A DNA stretch of 64,000 bases from an uncultured Planctomycetaceae bacterium (GCA_964414585.1 CAYPXR010000093.1:10279-74278), one strand, 5' to 3'; shown: positions 35,356 through 45,123, counted from the first letter of the stretch. Notes: generated by a model from the letters alone, not told the origin. Numbers and translations: made by a program.

Positions 35356-38191
35356 ACCAGTACACGAAACGCCGGAACAGAATCTGTTGCCGCCGAGGAA
35401 GGGCATCCACGTCCGGCACCAGGTAGCGATTTTCGTCCACGTCCGTCAGAATTTTGCCGGACTGACCGTGGTCCGCCGCCTGGCTTTGGTTCCAGCGCAT
35501 CATGAATTGTTCGTCGCCGCGGTTCGTCCGAACTTTGAAGATCAGATAGCCGAACTTCAACTCGATCCCATCGATGTCCTGAATCACGTGGATGAAGTAT
35601 CGCCGCGTCAGTGCGTCCTTGAGCAATTCCTGGGATTCCGTAGGCCACGCCTTGGGCTCCCGGACAACTCCCGCCTCATGCTCCCGGCCTTCGCTGTCGC
35701 AATAACGCAAGCTGACGTATTCGTGAGGCCGCGTCGCCGGGAAGGCCAGGACGGCAAAGATTCCGCCATAGATTCGATCGTCTTTTACCGTGACATGCAG
35801 TGTATCGTGATTGCCCAGGTGGATATTCGCCGATTCCGGCGTCAGCCAGCGCGGTTCAAACGCCGGCGGCTCTTGCGATTCAGGAGCAGCGCTCTCGGGC
35901 GGCGGGACGGCCTGCTGCTCGACGACGAGCCGCTCGACCGTCGGCGCGGCCGTCAACCGCGTCTGCATTTTGACCAGCCGGGCATAGGCCCCGTTCGCCG
36001 CGAGCAGTTCTTCGTGCGTCCCCTGTTCGGTCAACTTGCCATGATCGAACACGAGGACGCGGTCGGCGTGGCGTAGCGTCGAAAGGCGGTGGGCGATGGC
36101 GATCGTCGTCCGTCCCTTGGTCAGCACCGTCAGCGCATCCTGGATCGCTTTCTCCGACTCGCTGTCGAGATTGCTCGTCGCCTCGTCGAGGATCAGGATC
36201 GCCGGGTCGTACAGCAGCGCCCGGGCGATGGAGATGCGCTGCTTTTCGCCGCCGGAGAGCCCCGCGCCGCGCTCGCCGAGCGGCGTGTCGTAAGCAAATG
36301 GCATCTTCATGACGAAGTCGTGGGCATTCGCGGCCTTTGATGCGGTGATGACCTGTTCGGGGGTCGCACCGGGCTGGCCGTAAATGAGGTTTTCCCAGAT
36401 CGTGCCGCGAAAAAGGAACGATTCCTGCAATACCAAACCGACGTGCCGCCGCAAATCGCGCCGATCCAACTCGCGTACATCGCAACCGTCAATCGTGACG
36501 CGGCCCTCGTCCACGTCGTAAAAGCGGGAAATCAGATTGACCAGCGTCGTCTTGCCCGATCCGCTGCGGCCGACGATGCCGATCATCTTGCCGGCGGGAA
36601 TTTCGAAGGACACATCTTCCAGCACGGGGTGGTGCCGGTCATAGCCGAACGTGACGTTTTCAAAGCGGATGTTTCCCGCCGCGCGCGGCAGGGCCAGCGG
36701 CTTGTCCGGATCCATGACACGAACCGGCGTATCGAGCAGTTCGAAAATCCGCTGGCTGGCCGTCATGAAGCTCGTCAGCCAAGTCGTAAGCTGTGCGAGC
36801 GTCGAAAGGGGGGCATAGAACATCGCCAGGTACGCAAGAAACGCCATCAGCGAGCCGAGCGTCATGCGATCGGCCAGCACGTCACGGCCGCCGACGAACC
36901 AGACGATGAGCCCGCCGAGACTGAAGATCATCTGCATGACGGCGGAAAAGGTCGTCGCCGAATGTTCGACGCCCAGCCGCGAATTCCGCAGATAGCCGCT
37001 CGATTCATTGAACCGGGCGAACTCGCGATCCTCCTGCCCGAACGCCTTCACGACGCGAATGCCGGAGAGCATGCCGGCGAGGGCGCCCGTCTGCTTGCTC
37101 GACGCATCCCAATAGCGGTAATACTTGGGATAGACGTATCGCCAGAAGAACCAGCTCCCCGCGAGGACGAGGGGCATGGGGATGAGCGTGTACAGCGCGA
37201 GCGTCGCGTTAAGTGTGAAAAGCATGATGCCGACGCCGACGAGTTGCAGGACCTGCATCAGGAATCCGCCGGTAATCTGCTGAATCAGGCCGTGCAGCAC
37301 CTCGGTGTCATAGGCGACGCGGCTGGTCAGCACACCGACCTGGTGCCGGTCATAAAACCCGACTGACAGGTCGTGCAGCTTCTGTACCATCTTCGCGCGG
37401 AGTTCGGAAGTCAGCGCGGTGCCGACGCGGTTGGATAGCCGCCCTTTGAACTGCGAGACGAGCGACGTGACGACGCGCGTCACCGCAAGGAATAGAACAA
37501 TGATCAGCAGCGTGGCGACGAAGTCTTCCATTCGCCCGTTGTGGTGGTCCGCCCGCAGGACGTGGTCGACGAGGTATTGCTGCAACTTGGGCGGCGCAAG
37601 TTCCGCCAGCACTCCAAGGACGAGCAGGGCACACATCCCCAGTGCCGCCGCGCGATGCGGTTTGACAAGGTCCCACACCCGTGAAAGCACCGCCTTGCGA
37701 TCGATGCACTGCGGGCAGACGTCGCCGACAAATCGCAGCGTCATCCCGCAGGTCGGGCAGCGCCGTTGATCGACGTTGTCCGCGGCGTGGATTTCGAGCT
37801 TGCCCTGCGTGCGAAGTTGCTCCAGCTTGCGGGCGACCTTCACGAACCGGTCGGAGAGGCTGTTGGAATAGCGCAGGAGATCGACCCAGATCCCCTCGAC
37901 CTGGGCCTGGAGGAAGCCGGAGCCGACGACGCTGTGGGCCCGGAAGGAGGCGACCTTATCAAGCGGGAGGCGCCGGAGGAGTTGGGGGGCGTGACCGTCC
38001 GTGCAGACGGCCAGCCCGTCCAGCGTGACGACGAGCCACTGCTCTTGCTCCACGCCGGGCAGGGCGATGTCGGTGCTGGTGGCAAGAAGGATCGACTGAT
38101 GGTTGAGCCCATGCTCTCGCATCAACCGCAGAACCGATTCGGGGGCGTTTTGCTGCAACATTTGAGGATGGAGCCCCTTGGGGCGGGGCAT
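35354..38191 (-). CDS. ABC exporter (TMD+NBD) with N-terminal PH-like/zinc-ribbon extension and C-terminal DUF1854-like domain
   Basis: CPTCGMTLRFVGDVCPQC. 6-TM ABC exporter domain. Walker A GRSGSGKTT, signature LSGGEKQR, Walker B ILILDEATS. About 200-aa C-terminal tail ...LRYCDSEGREHEAGVV...RRYFIHVIQDI... Confidence 0.85.
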   Translation of the reverse strand: MPRPKGLHPQMLQQNAPESVLRLMREHGLNHQSILLATSTDIALPGVEQEQWLVVTLDGLAVCTDGHAPQLLRRLPLDKVASFRAHSVVGSGFLQAQVEGIWVDLLRYSNSLSDRFVKVARKLEQLRTQGKLEIHAADNVDQRRCPTCGMTLRFVGDVCPQCIDRKAVLSRVWDLVKPHRAAALGMCALLVLGVLAELAPPKLQQYLVDHVLRADHHNGRMEDFVATLLIIVLFLAVTRVVTSLVSQFKGRLSNRVGTALTSELRAKMVQKLHDLSVGFYDRHQVGVLTSRVAYDTEVLHGLIQQITGGFLMQVLQLVGVGIMLFTLNATLALYTLIPMPLVLAGSWFFWRYVYPKYYRYWDASSKQTGALAGMLSGIRVVKAFGQEDREFARFNESSGYLRNSRLGVEHSATTFSAVMQMIFSLGGLIVWFVGGRDVLADRMTLGSLMAFLAYLAMFYAPLSTLAQLTTWLTSFMTASQRIFELLDTPVRVMDPDKPLALPRAAGNIRFENVTFGYDRHHPVLEDVSFEIPAGKMIGIVGRSGSGKTTLVNLISRFYDVDEGRVTIDGCDVRELDRRDLRRHVGLVLQESFLFRGTIWENLIYGQPGATPEQVITASKAANAHDFVMKMPFAYDTPLGERGAGLSGGEKQRISIARALLYDPAILILDEATSNLDSESEKAIQDALTVLTKGRTTIAIAHRLSTLRHADRVLVFDHGKLTEQGTHEELLAANGAYARLVKMQTRLTAAPTVERLVVEQQAVPPPESAAPESQEPPAFEPRWLTPESANIHLGNHDTLHVTVKDDRIYGGIFAVLAFPATRPHEYVSLRYCDSEGREHEAGVVREPKAWPTESQELLKDALTRRYFIHVIQDIDGIELKFGYLIFKVRTNRGDEQFMMRWNQSQAADHGQSGKILTDVDENRYLVPDVDALPRRQQILFRRFVYW

Positions 38192-38237
38192 AGCATTAGT
38201 AGTATATCGCGCGGGTCAAAAAACCGGGCCGAGTCGA

Positions 38238-38264
38238 GAACCAAACCGGCCTAACCCCGGTCTA
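38238..38264 (+). promoter_or_regulatory. possible ECF-type autoregulated promoter (GAAC-N17/18-GTCTA)
   Basis: gaGAACCaaaccggcctaaccccgGTCTAa, about 25 nt upstream of the sigma-factor start. Spacer is slightly long. Confidence 0.25.
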
Positions 38265-38288
38265 ATAGGCGACTGGAAGCGGTGAACG

Positions 38289-38837
38289 ATGCCCCGTCAA
38301 AAGGCGGATGAGCAGCTCCTGGCGGAATTCGTGAAAGGCGACCGGGCCGCGTTGGGGGAGCTTGCGCGCCGGTATGAAGCGCCGTTGTTGGGTCTCGCGA
38401 GCGGGTTGGTCGGCGGGCAGCCGGAGATGGCCTGCGACGCGGTGCAGGAAACGTGGGTGCGGGTGATTCGCTTTTCGGATCGGTTTGACGGACGCAGCAG
38501 CTTCAGGACGTGGGTGTATCGGATCGCGATCAATCAGTGCAGGAACTTCCATTCGGTGCGACAGATGGAGGGAACGGGCGAGTCTGTGTCAGCCGCCTCG
38601 AACGACGACAGACCTGACCGTGCCGCCGAGAAGGCAGAACAGAATCACACCCTACGACGAGCGGTGGACGATTTGGACGAGGATCGTAGGCTCGTGATCT
38701 TGCTGTGTTATCACGAAGGCATGACGCACGAGGCGGCGTCGGAAATCTTGGGCATTCCGCTGGGAACGCTCAAGTCCCGATTGCACGCGGCGCTGGAGGA
38801 ATTGCGGACGAAGCTCCCAGCGGAGGATCGAACATGA
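38289..38837 (+). CDS. ECF-family RNA polymerase sigma factor
   Basis: Region 2 [37 protein letters not shown]. Region 4 [28 protein letters not shown]. Confidence 0.85.
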   Translation: MPRQKADEQLLAEFVKGDRAALGELARRYEAPLLGLASGLVGGQPEMACDAVQETWVRVIRFSDRFDGRSSFRTWVYRIAINQCRNFHSVRQMEGTGESVSAASNDDRPDRAAEKAEQNHTLRRAVDDLDEDRRLVILLCYHEGMTHEAASEILGIPLGTLKSRLHAALEELRTKLPAEDRT

Positions 38838-39982
38838 CGCAGGCAAATGGCGAGTCTCTGGAGCGTCAACTCTCGGCGCTGACGCACTGGGAGGGCGGGA
38901 GTACGTCGCTGTGGCGCACGGCAATGGCTTCGACAAGTCATCGAAAAGCCTGGCGATGGCTTTATCGTCCGATCTCGGGACGACTCGTTGCCGCAATCCT
39001 TTTGATTATGTTTCCCATAGGTGTCGTTCTCTCGGTCGGCATTCCTCATCTGGGTCGTGATCGATCAAGTTCAAGCGCGAGTACAAGTGGAATCGGGCAG
39101 GGGACGTACATCCATGCGGAGGACGATCCTGGCATGGTTGCGCGCGATGCGTCAGATCGTTGGGCGGAAATTCGGCAAAGCAACGAGACGCCGAAGCAAT
39201 TCATTTGCCCGTCCACGATGGTACCACTCGCCTATCAATACCAAGCGAATCTGCCTTCGCAGGTGGGCGCGTCTTCCGTGCGGATGGTCGCCCGGAAAGC
39301 AACGATGGAGCTTGCCGCGTTCGACGTCCGCGCCACGTTCCATAAGACGATGTACCTCATTCGAGAAGTGGGCGGAGAATACATTCAGGATTCAAGCCTT
39401 TCGGGCGATGAAAAGAATCTCTGCGCCCAGGTTACGCTGCGCGTCGCGGCAGACCGGCTGAGCGATGTGCTCAATGCACTCCGTCAACTCGGTACCGTCC
39501 GATCCGAAAATACAGAAGGGCAAGACGTGACCGCGCAGGTTGTCGACCTCGACGGCCAGCTTCGCAACGAGCGGCGCGTCGAGACGGAGATGCTGGAACT
39601 TCTGGACAAACGGCACGACGCGCCGCTCAAGGACATCCTGGACGTGCGCGAGAAGCTTCACGACGTCCGGCGCGAGATCGAGAAACTGACCGCTCAAAAG
39701 GAGCAATTGAGCCGCCTCGTTTCGCTCGCCAGCGTGCTCGTGCTCATTCGCAATAGCGCGTCGGAAACGACCCCGCCGTCGAAGGGCATCGCTTTGTATT
39801 TCAAGGAATCGTGCAGTGCGGCCTGGAGCCGGGGATTGACTTTCCTGGCGGATACCGTCGGCTTCATCGTCGGCATTGCCGTCGGCGGCACGATTTTGTG
39901 GGTGCTCGCGCTCGTCATCGGCCTATGGGTCTGGCGATGGCGGCGCCAACTAAGCCGCGATCGGCGAGGAAGCGACCGCTAG
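38834..39982 (+). CDS. membrane protein with DUF4349-like domain (candidate anti-sigma partner)
   Basis: ATGA overlap with the sigma gene. N-terminal TM ([18 protein letters not shown]). DUF4349-like core (...[49 protein letters not shown]...). C-terminal TM helices. Confidence 0.7.
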   Translation: MTQANGESLERQLSALTHWEGGSTSLWRTAMASTSHRKAWRWLYRPISGRLVAAILLIMFPIGVVLSVGIPHLGRDRSSSSASTSGIGQGTYIHAEDDPGMVARDASDRWAEIRQSNETPKQFICPSTMVPLAYQYQANLPSQVGASSVRMVARKATMELAAFDVRATFHKTMYLIREVGGEYIQDSSLSGDEKNLCAQVTLRVAADRLSDVLNALRQLGTVRSENTEGQDVTAQVVDLDGQLRNERRVETEMLELLDKRHDAPLKDILDVREKLHDVRREIEKLTAQKEQLSRLVSLASVLVLIRNSASETTPPSKGIALYFKESCSAAWSRGLTFLADTVGFIVGIAVGGTILWVLALVIGLWVWRWRRQLSRDRRGSDR

Positions 39983-40218
39983 GTTCGTTCGTAGGCCCCG
40001 AGAAAGTCGATCCGTGAGATTCCCGATTGCGTGCAAATCGTTCTGAGGGTTGATCCCTTGAGGGTTCGATGGTTGGGTAGAGTCAGAGGCGTGCGCGACC
40101 CGTCCGCATTGAGTCTAACCATCGCAATGTGTTCGGCTTCGCGAACGATTTGAAACCCGAGCGTTTGCAGCGCCTTCACGACCCGCTGTTTGGGCGCGTC
40201 GCTGGGGAACTTGGTCAT
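39979..40218 (-). CDS. hicA: HicA-family toxin (mRNA interferase)
   Basis: 79 aa. [25 protein letters not shown]...[22 protein letters not shown] fits the YcfA/HicA pattern. Immediately downstream of hicB. Confidence 0.7.
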   Translation of the reverse strand: MTKFPSDAPKQRVVKALQTLGFQIVREAEHIAMVRLNADGSRTPLTLPNHRTLKGSTLRTICTQSGISRIDFLGAYERT

Positions 40219-40220
40219 GC

Positions 40221-40442
40221 TCAGGCCACCTGGGCTTCCGTGAGAAACGCTTCCAGGATGGGCGGATCGCCGTCCAGTTCGTCAAGCCCAAACGTCTCGA
40301 CATGGAATTTGATCGCGGAGGTCACGTCGGCAAGCGCTTCGTCGTAGGTGTCGCCCTGGCCGATGACGACCCCTTTGAGTCCCAAGGGATAGGCGACGTA
40401 TCCGTCGGGGTGCTTTTCGACGATGATTTTGATCGGCTTCAT
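40221..40442 (-). CDS. hicB: HicB-family antitoxin (UPF0150 fold, no obvious DNA-binding tail)
   Basis: [49 protein letters not shown]. The ORF-track start 40472 is also possible. Confidence 0.7.
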   Translation of the reverse strand: MKPIKIIVEKHPDGYVAYPLGLKGVVIGQGDTYDEALADVTSAIKFHVETFGLDELDGDPPILEAFLTEAQVA

Positions 40443-40603
40443 GCCATTATTATAGCCGCGCGGATCGATCATCTACAAATGTGAATAGGTTATCGTCCCA
40501 TCGATTTCCAGGCCGGAAAAGCAGGAGAAAAGGACCGGCTAAAACCTGACCGGCTCGTTTTAGCGGTGTGGTGAGTATGTCAGCGCTCTGATATATTCAA
40601 CGG

Positions 40604-42154
40604 ATGGCCCGACAGACCATCGCCATTCTGGACTTCGGCGCGCAGTACGTTCAGCTCATCGCCCGGCGGGTGCGCGAGAACCAGGTCCACTCGCTGATTT
40701 TCGCGCCGGACGTGTCGCCGGATCAACTCAAGAAGGAGCGCGTCGTCGGCATCATCCTCAGCGGCGGGCCGGCCAGCTCGTACGCGGCGCAAGCGCCCAA
40801 ACCGAACAGCGGCATCTTTGAACTGGGCCTGCCGGTCCTCGGAATCTGCTATGGCATGCAGGTCGCTTGCCAGCAACTAGGGGCGAAGATCGTTGCCGCC
40901 GGTCATCGCGAGTTCGGCCGGACGAAACTGGAAGTCACCGCCGACGATCCGCTTTTGGCGCATATTCCCAAGGCGACGACCGTCTGGATGTCGCACGGCG
41001 ATATTGTCAGCGGCTTCGGCGAAGCCTTCATCACGCTCGCCAAGACGACGAACTGTCCCCATGCGATCGTTCGCCATCGCCAGCGGCCGCTGTGGGGCGT
41101 GCAGTTCCACCCCGAAGTGACGCATACGCCCGAGGGCGGGCAGATCCTCCGCAACTTTCTCTACGACATCTGCAAGGCCGACGGGTCATGGAACGCCGGT
41201 TCGATCATCGACCAATCCGTGGAAAACATCCGCACGAAGGTCCGCCCCGGTTCGCAGGTCATTTGCGGCCTCTCCGGCGGCGTGGACTCGGCGGTGACGG
41301 CGGCGCTCGTCCATCGTGCCGTGCCCGAGCGACTCATCTGCATCTTTGTCGATAACGGCCTATTGAGAGCCAACGAGCGGGATCGCGTCGAGGCGATCTT
41401 CCGTGGTCATTTCAAACTGGAGCTTCGCGTCGCCGACGCCGCCGAACGATTCCTGAAAAGGCTTGCCGGTGTGACCGACCCGCAGGAAAAGCGGATTCGC
41501 ATCGGCCACGAATTCATCGAGGTCTTCAAGGAGGAGGCCAAGCGAATCCCCAACGCGCATTATCTTGCGCAGGGCACGCTCTATCCGGACGTGATCGAAT
41601 CCGGCCATTCCGTCGGCGGGACGACCGCCAACATCAAGCTGCATCACAACGTCGGCGGCCTTCCGGCGGAACTCGGCTTTGAATTGATTGAGCCGCTGCG
41701 AGACTTGTTCAAGGACGAGGCCCGCGTCATTGGCGAAGTCCTCGGTCTTCCCGAAGAAATGATCTGGCGGCACCCATTCCCCGGGCCAGGTCTGGCCGTG
41801 CGGATCATCGGCGAGGTGACGCACGAGCGGTGTAACCTATTGCGTCAGGCCGATCAGATTATCACGGAAGAAATCATCGCGTCTGGTTGGCATCGCAAGG
41901 TCGCGCAGGCCTTCGGCGTCCTGATGCCCGTCTCCAGCGTCGGCGTCATGGGCGACGGCCGGGCCTACGCCGGTCAGCAGGCCATCGCCGTCCGGCTCGT
42001 CGAATCGACCGATTTCATGACCGCCGATTGGGTGCACATCGATCCCGGCATTCTCTCGCGCGTCTCAACTCGAATTACCAACGAAGTGCCCGGCATCAAT
42101 CGCGTGGTCTACGACATCACCAGCAAGCCCCCCGGCACGATCGAGTGGGAATGA
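40604..42154 (+). CDS. guaA: GMP synthase (glutamine-hydrolysing)
   Basis: GATase domain ILDFGAQY...GICYGMQ...HPE. PP-loop GLSGGVDS. C-terminal dimerisation domain ending PPGTIEWE. Confidence 0.95.
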   Translation: MARQTIAILDFGAQYVQLIARRVRENQVHSLIFAPDVSPDQLKKERVVGIILSGGPASSYAAQAPKPNSGIFELGLPVLGICYGMQVACQQLGAKIVAAGHREFGRTKLEVTADDPLLAHIPKATTVWMSHGDIVSGFGEAFITLAKTTNCPHAIVRHRQRPLWGVQFHPEVTHTPEGGQILRNFLYDICKADGSWNAGSIIDQSVENIRTKVRPGSQVICGLSGGVDSAVTAALVHRAVPERLICIFVDNGLLRANERDRVEAIFRGHFKLELRVADAAERFLKRLAGVTDPQEKRIRIGHEFIEVFKEEAKRIPNAHYLAQGTLYPDVIESGHSVGGTTANIKLHHNVGGLPAELGFELIEPLRDLFKDEARVIGEVLGLPEEMIWRHPFPGPGLAVRIIGEVTHERCNLLRQADQIITEEIIASGWHRKVAQAFGVLMPVSSVGVMGDGRAYAGQQAIAVRLVESTDFMTADWVHIDPGILSRVSTRITNEVPGINRVVYDITSKPPGTIEWE

Positions 42155-42157
42155 ATC

Positions 42158-42613
42158 ATGATCTACTCGGCAGGCTGCGAATACGGCATTCTCGCCCTGA
42201 TGAGCATCGCTCGACAGGCGCCGGCCGGAAAGTTTCTACTCTTGAAAAAAATCGTTGGAGGCGACGACCTTCCGTCTCAATATGTTGGGAAGATCCTGCA
42301 AACGCTCGTGCGGGAGGGGATTCTGATGTCCGCCAAGGGCCGCGGCGGCGGCTTTGCCCTTCAGCGTCCGCCGGAAAAAACCCTCTTGCGGGAAATTGTT
42401 GACGCCATAGACGGACCGCAGCGGATCAAGCGGTGCATTCTCGGTTTTTCTCCCTGCGAGAGCTCGCAGCCCTGCCCCCAACACGACGACTGGATGCAGG
42501 TCCGCGAGCAGATCGAACGCCTGCTGGACCGCACGACGCTGGCCGATCTGGTCCGGGCTCAAAATCACAAACTCGCCCGTGCCGGTCGGTCCTTGCCGCG
42601 CCGCAAGCGATGA
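42158..42613 (+). CDS. Rrf2-family transcriptional regulator (IscR/NsrR-like, 3-Cys cluster)
   Basis: wHTH SQYVGKILQTLVREGILMSAKGRGGGFAL. Cys triad CILGFSPCESSQPCP. Confidence 0.85.
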   Translation: MIYSAGCEYGILALMSIARQAPAGKFLLLKKIVGGDDLPSQYVGKILQTLVREGILMSAKGRGGGFALQRPPEKTLLREIVDAIDGPQRIKRCILGFSPCESSQPCPQHDDWMQVREQIERLLDRTTLADLVRAQNHKLARAGRSLPRRKR

Positions 42614-42661
42614 TTGTTCGCCGCGCTTGAAGAACGGCGATTCCCCGAGCATCATGCCCGC

Positions 42662-44323
42662 ATGACCGGCGAAAAAGTCATCCGAGCGCGCTTCGCCCCG
42701 TCGCCGACCGGCTATCTGCACGTCGGTGGGGCGAGGACGGCGCTGTTCAATTGGCTCTTCTGCCGGCGGAATGGCGGCAAGTTCATCCTGCGCATCGAAG
42801 ACACGGACATCCTCCGCAACATCGAGGGCGCGGAGCAAAAACTGATCGAGGACCTCCGCTGGCTGAACATCGATTACGACGAAGGACCGGACATCGGCGG
42901 GCCGCTCGGGCCGTATCGCCAAAGCGAGCGGCGCGATCTGTATGACGCCGCGGCGAAAAAGCTGCTCGACTCTGGCGACGCCTACTACGCCTTCGACACG
43001 CCCGAGGAACTGGAGGCGATGCGCCGCGAGGCGACCGCGAAGAAGGAATCCTTCAAATATCCCCGGCCCGATCCGCTGCCAACCGAGGCCGACGCCGGGC
43101 GCGCCCGGAAGGAAGGCCGTCCCGTCGTCGTCCGCTTCAAGACGCCCAACGAACCGATCACCGTCCGCGACGAAATCCTCGGCGACGTCACCTTCGGGGC
43201 CGGGGAGATCGAAGACCTCGTCATCGTGAAATCCAACGGCTGGCCGACCTATCACTTCGCCGTGGTCGTGGACGACGCGGGCATGCAGATCACCCACGTC
43301 CTTCGCGCACAGGAGCACCTGATGAACACGCCCAAGCACGTGTTCATGCAACGGGCCCTCGGCTACGCGCCGCCGCGCTACGCGCACCTGCCGCTCGTCT
43401 TCAACATCGACGGTACGAAGATGTCCAAACGCGACAAGCACAAGGTGGTGCGGACCGCCGCGAAGAATCTCATCAAGCAGAACAAATGGACGGCCGACGA
43501 TGTCGCCCGCATCGCGGAGTGCAAGGAGGCATCCGCCAAGGCCTGGCTCGACAAGGCCGACACCGAGCTGGACATGACGCAGGTGGGGCGGCTCGCGACG
43601 TCCGCCGGCGTCGAGATTCCCGAAATCGACGTTCACGATTTTCGGGTCTCCGGCTACCTGTCCGATGCCTTGGTGAACTTCATAGCGCTAATCGGTTGGT
43701 CGCCGAAAGACAACCGAGAGATGTTGACTCGTGACGAGATGATCGCCGCTTTCAGTCTGGAGGGCATTAACAAGACGGCAGGCCGCTTCGACCGAGATAA
43801 GCTCAAAGCGATGAATAAAGACTATGTTGCGAGTAGAAAACCGGAGGAACTGGTGCCGCCATTCGTTGATTGGTCGGTCCTCAATGATTCGGTAATGAAA
43901 AACAATTCTTCTGGAATAAATTCAGCAGTGATCAGTTCTTGTTTTGGGTTCCGCACTTTTCAAGATATCGATGAAAAAGCCGGAGTGCTTTTCAGGCCAG
44001 ATGACAAAGTGCAATACGACCCCAAGTCGGTCAAGGACGTGCTTGAGAAGAAGGAGGGGTCCGGCTACGCGATGCTGGAGCGGCTGCTGCCATTGCTCGA
44101 GTCGCTGGAGCCGTGGTCCGTGGAGCGGATCGACGCGCTGGTCAAGGAAATCTGCGAACAAACCGGTGCCAAGACGAACGACGTCGCCCAACCCCTTCGC
44201 GTCGCCCTGACCGGTCGGACGATCAGCCCGGGGATCGGGGAGACGTTGGCCCTTTTGGGCAAGACCAGGACCGCTAATCGGATTCGTCGGTGTCTGCAAC
44301 TACGCGCGGGTCTTTCCGATTGA
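42662..44323 (+). CDS. gltX: glutamate--tRNA ligase
   Basis: RFAPSPTGYLHVGGARTALFNW (HIGH-type) and KMSKRD. Contains an AT-rich in-frame patch at 43861..43980. Confidence 0.95.
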   Translation: MTGEKVIRARFAPSPTGYLHVGGARTALFNWLFCRRNGGKFILRIEDTDILRNIEGAEQKLIEDLRWLNIDYDEGPDIGGPLGPYRQSERRDLYDAAAKKLLDSGDAYYAFDTPEELEAMRREATAKKESFKYPRPDPLPTEADAGRARKEGRPVVVRFKTPNEPITVRDEILGDVTFGAGEIEDLVIVKSNGWPTYHFAVVVDDAGMQITHVLRAQEHLMNTPKHVFMQRALGYAPPRYAHLPLVFNIDGTKMSKRDKHKVVRTAAKNLIKQNKWTADDVARIAECKEASAKAWLDKADTELDMTQVGRLATSAGVEIPEIDVHDFRVSGYLSDALVNFIALIGWSPKDNREMLTRDEMIAAFSLEGINKTAGRFDRDKLKAMNKDYVASRKPEELVPPFVDWSVLNDSVMKNNSSGINSAVISSCFGFRTFQDIDEKAGVLFRPDDKVQYDPKSVKDVLEKKEGSGYAMLERLLPLLESLEPWSVERIDALVKEICEQTGAKTNDVAQPLRVALTGRTISPGIGETLALLGKTRTANRIRRCLQLRAGLSD

Positions 44324-44329
44324 TATAAT
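44321..44329 (+). promoter_or_regulatory. extended -10-like element TGaTATAAT overlapping the gltX stop
   Basis: Perfect TATAAT (44324-44329) with TG one base upstream. Only 16 nt before ATG 44346, so the leader would be very short. Confidence 0.25.
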
Positions 44330-44345
44330 CAGGGGGGAGCGAGCT

Positions 44346-44600
44346 ATGACTCTGACCATTCCCAACGAGATTCTCGAACGATCGGGGTTGACCGAGCGCG
44401 AGGTGGTTATCGAGGTTGCCTGCCGGATGTTTGACGCAGGGAAGCTGACGCAGTTTTTCGCGGCCAAGCTTGCCGGATTGACGCGGGTCGAGTTTGAAGA
44501 GGAGTGCTTCGAGCGGAAGATCCCGCTCTATCGGATTGACGAAAAGTATCTCGATCAAGAATTTGAATCGGCCAAGAATCTCAAGGTCCGTTCGTCTTGA
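44346..44600 (+). CDS. UPF0175-family antitoxin-like protein
   Basis: EVACRMFDAGKLTQFFAAKLAGLTRVEFEEECFERKIP matches the UPF0175 pattern, which usually pairs with DUF3368/PIN-like toxins. Confidence 0.7.
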   Translation: MTLTIPNEILERSGLTEREVVIEVACRMFDAGKLTQFFAAKLAGLTRVEFEEECFERKIPLYRIDEKYLDQEFESAKNLKVRSS

Positions 44601-44716
44601 TTATTGTTGTCAGCGACACATTTCCAATTCGGGCGCTTGCCCACTTGATTCCGAGGATACAGGACGCTGGCAGTCGCCTACGGCAATGTGGTAGGATGGC
44701 CCCAGCAAAGTCGTGA
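44597..44716 (+). pseudogene. truncated DUF3368/PIN-like toxin remnant
   Basis: TTG overlapping the antitoxin stop (cTTGA). LIIVVSDTFPIRALAHL resembles the conserved N-terminus (VVSDTSPL..L) of about 150-aa DUF3368 proteins. The frame stops after 39 codons. Confidence 0.5.
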
Positions 44717-44790
44717 ATGAGGCTTTTGCTTGCCGGGGACCAGCAGGAACCCGCGAAGTTGGTATTCTCGGTTTTGTGGGAGGCATAACA

Positions 44791-45066
44791 ATGAGGAGAC
44801 TATTGGCCGGAGTGTTAATCAGCGTGGGGATGGCTGCCGGATGCCAGGACCGACTGGCCCCAAACGATGCGCTGAGGCGGGCTTGTCCGTATGAGACTGA
44901 ACAGAGCCTTTCAAGCATACTCTCCCTCGCCGAAACATACCGGATGTCGGGATGGACCAAACTGGATTACCTCCAAGGCGTGTTTTCTGAGTGTAAGAAC
45001 ACCGCCGACGAGCAATCATGTCAGGTGTGCGCGGTTGCGATCATCGACCAAGTATTCGGGAAGTAG
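44791..45066 (+). CDS. small hypothetical lipoprotein
   Basis: GGGAGG before ATG 44791. MRRLLAGVLISVGMAAGC lipobox. 4 further Cys residues. Confidence 0.5.
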   Translation: MRRLLAGVLISVGMAAGCQDRLAPNDALRRACPYETEQSLSSILSLAETYRMSGWTKLDYLQGVFSECKNTADEQSCQVCAVAIIDQVFGK

Positions 45067-45123
45067 CCCGAGGTCCGGTCTCTTCCGTAGTCTGGTGAGT
45101 CCTCTAAGCATGATTATGTTGCG

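Noticed and set aside
35312-37366. + strand ORFs 35312..36076 and 36443..37366 (also 37766..38254)
   Set aside because: Antisense to the ABC exporter with Walker A, Walker B and signature motifs.
42236-43636. 466-aa minus-strand ORF
   Set aside because: Antisense to the Rrf2 and gltX genes. No recognisable domain.
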